A stretch of DNA of 32,000 bases, taken from positions 2,310,001-2,342,000 of the forward strand of contig NC_005070.1 of assembly GCF_000195975.1 (NCBI RefSeq), written 5' to 3'. The translations under genes were made by a program, and so were the position numbers. The notes beneath the pieces are model-generated. The model saw nothing but the letters and a program-made list of their open reading frames with translations, did no database searches and was not told the origin of the DNA. This DNA is from Parasynechococcus marenigrum WH 8102. Lineage in GTDB: Bacteria > Cyanobacteriota > Cyanobacteriia > PCC-6307 > Cyanobiaceae. Below are positions 28,134 to 32,000 of the stretch, piece by piece; within the stretch, counting starts at the first letter, position 1; each line of letters starts with the position of its first letter.

Positions 28134-28969
28134 CGGGAGGGGTCGCCTGGTGTGAGGGCCGTTGGGGCACACCGGCTGAGCTGAGCCTGCCCCTGGATGA
28201 CCGGGGCCTGCAACTCGCCGATGGACTGTTCGAAACCGTGTTGATCCGCGCCGGTCAGCCCTGTCTGCTGGATGAACACCTGCAGCGCTGGGGTGAGGCC
28301 AGCGCGCTGCTGGGCCTGGATCCTCCGCCCGAGCGCGACCATCTGATGCCCCTGATCCAGGAGGCTGTTGAGCGTGCTTTGCCCGAGCAGGGTTGTGGTG
28401 CCCTACGGCTCAACTGGAGTCGGGGTTCATCCCCCCAACGCGGGATCGCACCGCCACGTAGCGGGGAGCATCGGTTCTGGCTGACGCTTCAGCCCTGGGT
28501 ACCGAGCTTCACACCGATCACCGCGATCATCAGTCGCCTGGAGCGCCGCAACTGCGACAGTTTGCTGAGCCGTTGCAAGACCTTTGCCTACGGTCAGGCC
28601 GTGCAGGCGAGACGGGAAGCTTCAGAACAGAGATGTGATGACGCCCTGTTGCTCAACACCAACGGCGAGCTCTGCTGCAGCACCACCGCCAATCTGCTGC
28701 TGAAGCCTGGCAGTGCGAATGGGAATAGCCCCTGGCTGACACCTCCCCTCAGCAGTGGCTGCCTGCCGGGGGTGATGCGGGCCCGGGCCCTGCGGCTGGG
28801 GCTGGCGGTGGAGGCCAACCTGGGCGCCAGCCTTGGGTCAGACGATCAGCTGCTGCTGATCAACAGCCTCGGCTGCCGAGGACTGTTGAGCCTGGACCAT
28901 CAGCCCCTCCACTCCCAAGCCCTGGGGATCGATCCAGCCGAATCGCTTTGGCAAAAGCTGCTCAGCTAG
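28130..28969 (+). CDS. pabC: Aminodeoxychorismate lyase-like class IV aminotransferase (start uncertain: TTG 28130 or GTG 28097)
   Basis: N-terminus ...GGVAWCEGRWGTPAELSLPLDDRGLQLADGLFETV is the typical class IV fold opening. TTG 28130 overlaps the pabB stop (TTGA). The track's ATG 28046 would overlap pabB by 88 nt. Confidence 0.72.
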   Translation: MTGGVAWCEGRWGTPAELSLPLDDRGLQLADGLFETVLIRAGQPCLLDEHLQRWGEASALLGLDPPPERDHLMPLIQEAVERALPEQGCGALRLNWSRGSSPQRGIAPPRSGEHRFWLTLQPWVPSFTPITAIISRLERRNCDSLLSRCKTFAYGQAVQARREASEQRCDDALLLNTNGELCCSTTANLLLKPGSANGNSPWLTPPLSSGCLPGVMRARALRLGLAVEANLGASLGSDDQLLLINSLGCRGLLSLDHQPLHSQALGIDPAESLWQKLLS

Positions 28970-29017
28970 CACGATATCCATTACATGTTTTATCGATATC
29001 AATCCAATATCGTGCTA
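28967..29017. terminator. 11-bp inverted repeat between convergent pabC and the HAD phosphatase gene (candidate bidirectional terminator)
   Basis: TAGCACGATAT (28967-28977) pairs perfectly with ATATCGTGCTA (29007-29017), with a 29-nt AT-rich loop. Each arm contains the stop codon of one of the convergent genes. No classical U-tract. Confidence 0.4.
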
Positions 29018-29809
29018 CTTAATTGGTAACAGGCGTTCCACCGCCTCCGCCCACCCTTCCGCATGGGGGGCACGGGCGAGCTCAAAGCGACCGCTCTCCA
29101 CGCCAAGACGCAACCGCGGATGGGGACCCTCGGCACCGGGCACGACCACCGCAAGGTCCGCCACCTCCAGCAGGGGCAGATCGTTGGGGGAGTCCCCCAG
29201 AGCCAGCACCTTCACATCCGGTTCATGAAGGCGCTGCTTCAGAGCCGCCAAGGCGTTTCCCTTGCTGACCTCTGCGCCAAGCAGATGACACATCCGGTTA
29301 CCGCGCACAACGGCAAGCCCCTGGGCCGCCGACAGGGCATCAAGGCGCGGCTGGATCGCCACTGAAGGCGGAACAAAGGGCACGCTGCAGCGTCGCCGTT
29401 GAGCCTGCTGCAACAACTCACCGGAAAGCCCAAGCAGACGTTCTCCCTCGGCGTCCGTGAGTTCATCGAGGGCCCGCAACGGTTCAGACAGCTGCTCAGA
29501 CAGCTCCTGCAAGCGAGGTTTCAACACCGTCCAGCCAGGCCCCAGGGCCTCTTGCCAGGGCTCACCGGTTGCCGTTTCACCATGAATGGCACCCCCATTT
29601 TCGACGATGTAGGGATCCCGCAGCTGAGCTGCAGCGCGGAAACGCTCTACCTCCTCCGCCGTTTTGCTTGTGCAGGGAATCACGGGCACTCCCGCCCGTT
29701 GCAGAGAGCGCAGCACCGCCGCTGCCGGAGCCCAGTCGTAGTGATGGTCCATCAAGGTGCCATCGAGGTCGGTGACTACCCACCAACGGCAGCTCTGGGG
29801 GTTGCTCAT
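29015..29809 (-). CDS. gpgP: HAD-IIB phosphatase, mannosyl-/glucosyl-3-phosphoglycerate phosphatase family
   Basis: ATG 29809 (ATGA overlap with the upstream gene) gives MSNPQSCRWWVVTDLDGTLMDHHYDW...IPCTSKT...LALGDSPNDLPLL, i.e. HAD motifs I, II and IV in the YedP/MPGP-like layout. Confidence 0.75.
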   Translation of the reverse strand: MSNPQSCRWWVVTDLDGTLMDHHYDWAPAAAVLRSLQRAGVPVIPCTSKTAEEVERFRAAAQLRDPYIVENGGAIHGETATGEPWQEALGPGWTVLKPRLQELSEQLSEPLRALDELTDAEGERLLGLSGELLQQAQRRRCSVPFVPPSVAIQPRLDALSAAQGLAVVRGNRMCHLLGAEVSKGNALAALKQRLHEPDVKVLALGDSPNDLPLLEVADLAVVVPGAEGPHPRLRLGVESGRFELARAPHAEGWAEAVERLLPIK

Positions 29810-31533
29810 GCCTGAATCAGCCAATGCACGGCATAAGGTTCCAACTGAAGTTGCGAGCCATGGGTCTCGGAGGATCCGCTCAGACAATCGGTCCAGGCAA
29901 GACCAGTGCGACCGCCGAGACGCCCCAAGACCAGGGTCAACCGCGAAGGGGTGACGTTATGGACCGCCACCAGGGTCTGGCCGCCACCACGTCGACGCAG
30001 CATCACCAGATCGGAGCGGCCAGCGCTCATCACCTCCATTGCGGCATCTGGATGCAGGGCCGGCTGATCGCGGCGCACCCGCAGGGCATGAGCCAGCACT
30101 GACGTCACGGCGGTGGCATCGCTGTCGGGATCCTGCAGCCGCCGCTCAACAGTGTCCGCCTTGAACTGCGGGCGGTTGAGATCCCTGCGTTGTCCGGTGC
30201 GACGGAACCGGCCCAGGTCATTGGGTGTGGCCAATAGGGCCGGCAGATAAAAGGCCGGAACACCGGGCAGGGCCAGCACCAGCAGCTGGGTCATCAGAAA
30301 GCGTGCCCGTTGCAGATGCGCTGGATCAATTCCGCCATCCGCCATGGCACTCCACCAGCTGATGTTGATCTCGTAGGGAGCCTCCTCACCATTGGTGAGG
30401 CGACGGTGACTGATCAGACCACCCCGCTGCTCACAGGCAATCAACAGCTGTAGTCTCCGCTGATCCGTCATCAGCCCCTCGAGGGCCCGCAGACCGACAC
30501 CGTCATGGCAAGCGGTGAAATTGAACAACCCCGTGGCCACCGGTAGCGCGGGCCAACGATTGAGCCAGCCGTTCAGCAGATCAGCACGACCACTGATGGC
30601 CGCCTCCAGCAACAGGGGCGGCAACGGGAAGTTGTAGGCCAGATGGGCCTCTCGACCGCTAACCAGATACGAGAGGTTCTCCTGCTCCGGAACATTGGTC
30701 TCCGTAACAACCACCCCGCCTGAACAGCTGCGCTCCATCAGCTGCCGCAGCACCTCAACGATGCGATGGGCTTCTGGCAGGTGGATGCATCCTGTCCCCG
30801 GTGTCTTCCAGATGAACCCGACCGCATCCAGCCGGACCCAGCGGACCCCGTGGCGAAGCATCCGGTCCAGCAGCCGCGTGAATCCCAGCAGCACCTCCGG
30901 ACTTCGCCAATCCACATCCACTTGGTCGGGCCCGAAAGTGGTCCACACCTGACGCGGACCATCCGACCCGCTCAGCTGAGTGAACAGGGAAGAACTCCGC
31001 GGCCGCACCACCTGGTCCCAGCAGGGATCAGGCGCGGCCTCCAGCACACAGGAGCGCCCCGGCTCCTCATCGCGCAGGAACTGCCTCACCCAGGGATGGG
31101 AGGCGGAGATGTGGTTCAGCACCAGATCTGCCATCATACGACGACCGTGAGCAAGGTCCGCCAGATCTCTCCAGTCACCGAAGCGCGGCTCGATCCGGTC
31201 GTGGCTGGCCACCGCAAAGCCGCCATCACTGGTGGAGGTCAGAAACGGCAGCACATGCACCACCTCAGCGAAGGGCCGCAGGCGGTTGTTGAGCAACTGA
31301 CGCAGGCTGCGCAACGCGGGCACCCCCTGCTCCACCACCGTATCGGCGTAGGTGATCAGCACCGCATCGGCGCCTGACCAGAGATCCGTCGCACCGGGCG
31401 GGTCGTCGTTTGCTGACGCACCACGCAAAATCTGCAGCAATTGCGACGACAGCTGCTCGGAATCAGCGGAAGAATCCTCGGGGAAGAGGTTCTCAAGCAG
31501 ACCCTGCAGCGTTTCGGCGTTCAAGGTCTGCAT
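29806..31533 (-). CDS. GH13 sucrose-phosphorylase-family sugar phosphorylase (probable glucosylglycerate phosphorylase, from gene context)
   Basis: 575 aa. LITYADT...VHVLPFLTSTSDGGFAVASHDRIEPRFGDWRDL...MADLVLNHIS...VRLDAVGFIWK follows the sucrose phosphorylase template. Co-transcribed with the phosphatase and divergent from gpgS. Confidence 0.8.
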   Translation of the reverse strand: MQTLNAETLQGLLENLFPEDSSADSEQLSSQLLQILRGASANDDPPGATDLWSGADAVLITYADTVVEQGVPALRSLRQLLNNRLRPFAEVVHVLPFLTSTSDGGFAVASHDRIEPRFGDWRDLADLAHGRRMMADLVLNHISASHPWVRQFLRDEEPGRSCVLEAAPDPCWDQVVRPRSSSLFTQLSGSDGPRQVWTTFGPDQVDVDWRSPEVLLGFTRLLDRMLRHGVRWVRLDAVGFIWKTPGTGCIHLPEAHRIVEVLRQLMERSCSGGVVVTETNVPEQENLSYLVSGREAHLAYNFPLPPLLLEAAISGRADLLNGWLNRWPALPVATGLFNFTACHDGVGLRALEGLMTDQRRLQLLIACEQRGGLISHRRLTNGEEAPYEINISWWSAMADGGIDPAHLQRARFLMTQLLVLALPGVPAFYLPALLATPNDLGRFRRTGQRRDLNRPQFKADTVERRLQDPDSDATAVTSVLAHALRVRRDQPALHPDAAMEVMSAGRSDLVMLRRRGGGQTLVAVHNVTPSRLTLVLGRLGGRTGLAWTDCLSGSSETHGSQLQLEPYAVHWLIQA

Positions 31534-31602
31534 ATCGGCTCTCCTGAACGCCGCTCAGGTATGGGTCATGACCTCATCCACTGTTGTCGCATTTAGCACC
31601 GG

Positions 31603-32000
31603 ATGGATTTTCAGCAGAGCCTGATCACCACGGTTCATGACTACAGCCTGGGCAACCTTGATGCTGTTGCCTTCAACCGCGAGCTCAGCGAGCGGCCCAC
31701 GACGCTGCTGATCCCCTGTCTGATGGAGGAGTTCAGCCGTCCAGCACTGGCGCTGATCCGCGACACCCTGTCGTCACTGAAAGGCCTCAATCGCCTCGTC
31801 ATTGCTTTGGCCGCTGAAAGCGCGGAGGACGTAGCCCATGCCGAAGCCTTCTTCGCCGGCATGCCCTTTCCCGTTCAGGTGCACTGGACCAATGGCCCAG
31901 CCGTGAAGGACTTGCTGGAGTCCATGGGCGCCCTGGGACTCGAGGTCACCGGTCCCCCCGGCAAGGGCTGGGCGGTCTGGCAAGGGCTTGGGGTGGCCTG
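31603..32000 (+). CDS. gpgS: Glucosyl-3-phosphoglycerate synthase (GT81-like), 5' part only; runs off the window (not in the ORF track)
   Basis: Hand translation from ATG 31603, preceded by an in-frame TAG at 31594: MDFQQSLITTVHDYSLGNLDAVAFNRELSERPTTLLIPCLMEEFSRPALALIRDTLSSLKGLNRLVIALAAESAEDVAHAEAFFAGMPFPVQVHWTNGPAVKDLLESMGALGLEVTGPPGKGWAVWQGLGVA. Open to position 32000. The N-terminal pattern is as I recall for GpgS/MpgS-type enzymes. Confidence 0.7.
   Translation, partial: MDFQQSLITTVHDYSLGNLDAVAFNRELSERPTTLLIPCLMEEFSRPALALIRDTLSSLKGLNRLVIALAAESAEDVAHAEAFFAGMPFPVQVHWTNGPAVKDLLESMGALGLEVTGPPGKGWAVWQGLGVA

Overview
High-GC (spot count about 63% in core genes) cyanobacterial chromosome. An HLIP gene with an HLR1-like box, a glucosylglycerate locus and the conserved housekeeping order speE-speB / gcvT-aspS / pyrG-queE-queC-pabB-pabC suggest a marine Synechococcus-like picocyanobacterium; that assignment is inference. 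The main accessory feature is a 9.2-kb integrative element (3480-12732) inserted in the 3' half of a tRNA-Val(UAC) gene. It is bounded by a perfect 53-bp direct repeat, with a tyrosine integrase next to the intact tRNA. The element has three parts: (1) a translationally coupled minus-strand module (Xis-like HTH, 66-aa protein, Cys-rich 236-aa protein, RepA/AAA_25-like ATPase with a C-terminal wHTH); (2) a plus-strand operon of four overlapping ORFs with no recognisable family; (3) a nested low-GC cassette (about 33% in a spot count) carrying an RTX-repeat protein, a CmcI-family methyltransferase and a truncated nuclease/Excalibur remnant. An 8-bp motif, TAGAGCA[AG], occurs 10 times in the element, clustered at both ends and often as pairs with 12-bp spacing; I read these as recombinase or regulator binding sites. 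Three genes are absent from the ORF track: a 43-aa membrane peptide (2201-2332), a 53-aa ORF beside attL (3275-3436), and a 5'-partial glucosyl-3-phosphoglycerate synthase running off the window end (31603-32000). I saw no CRISPR array, rRNA or transposase. All product calls come from reading motifs in the translations by eye; no database search was possible.
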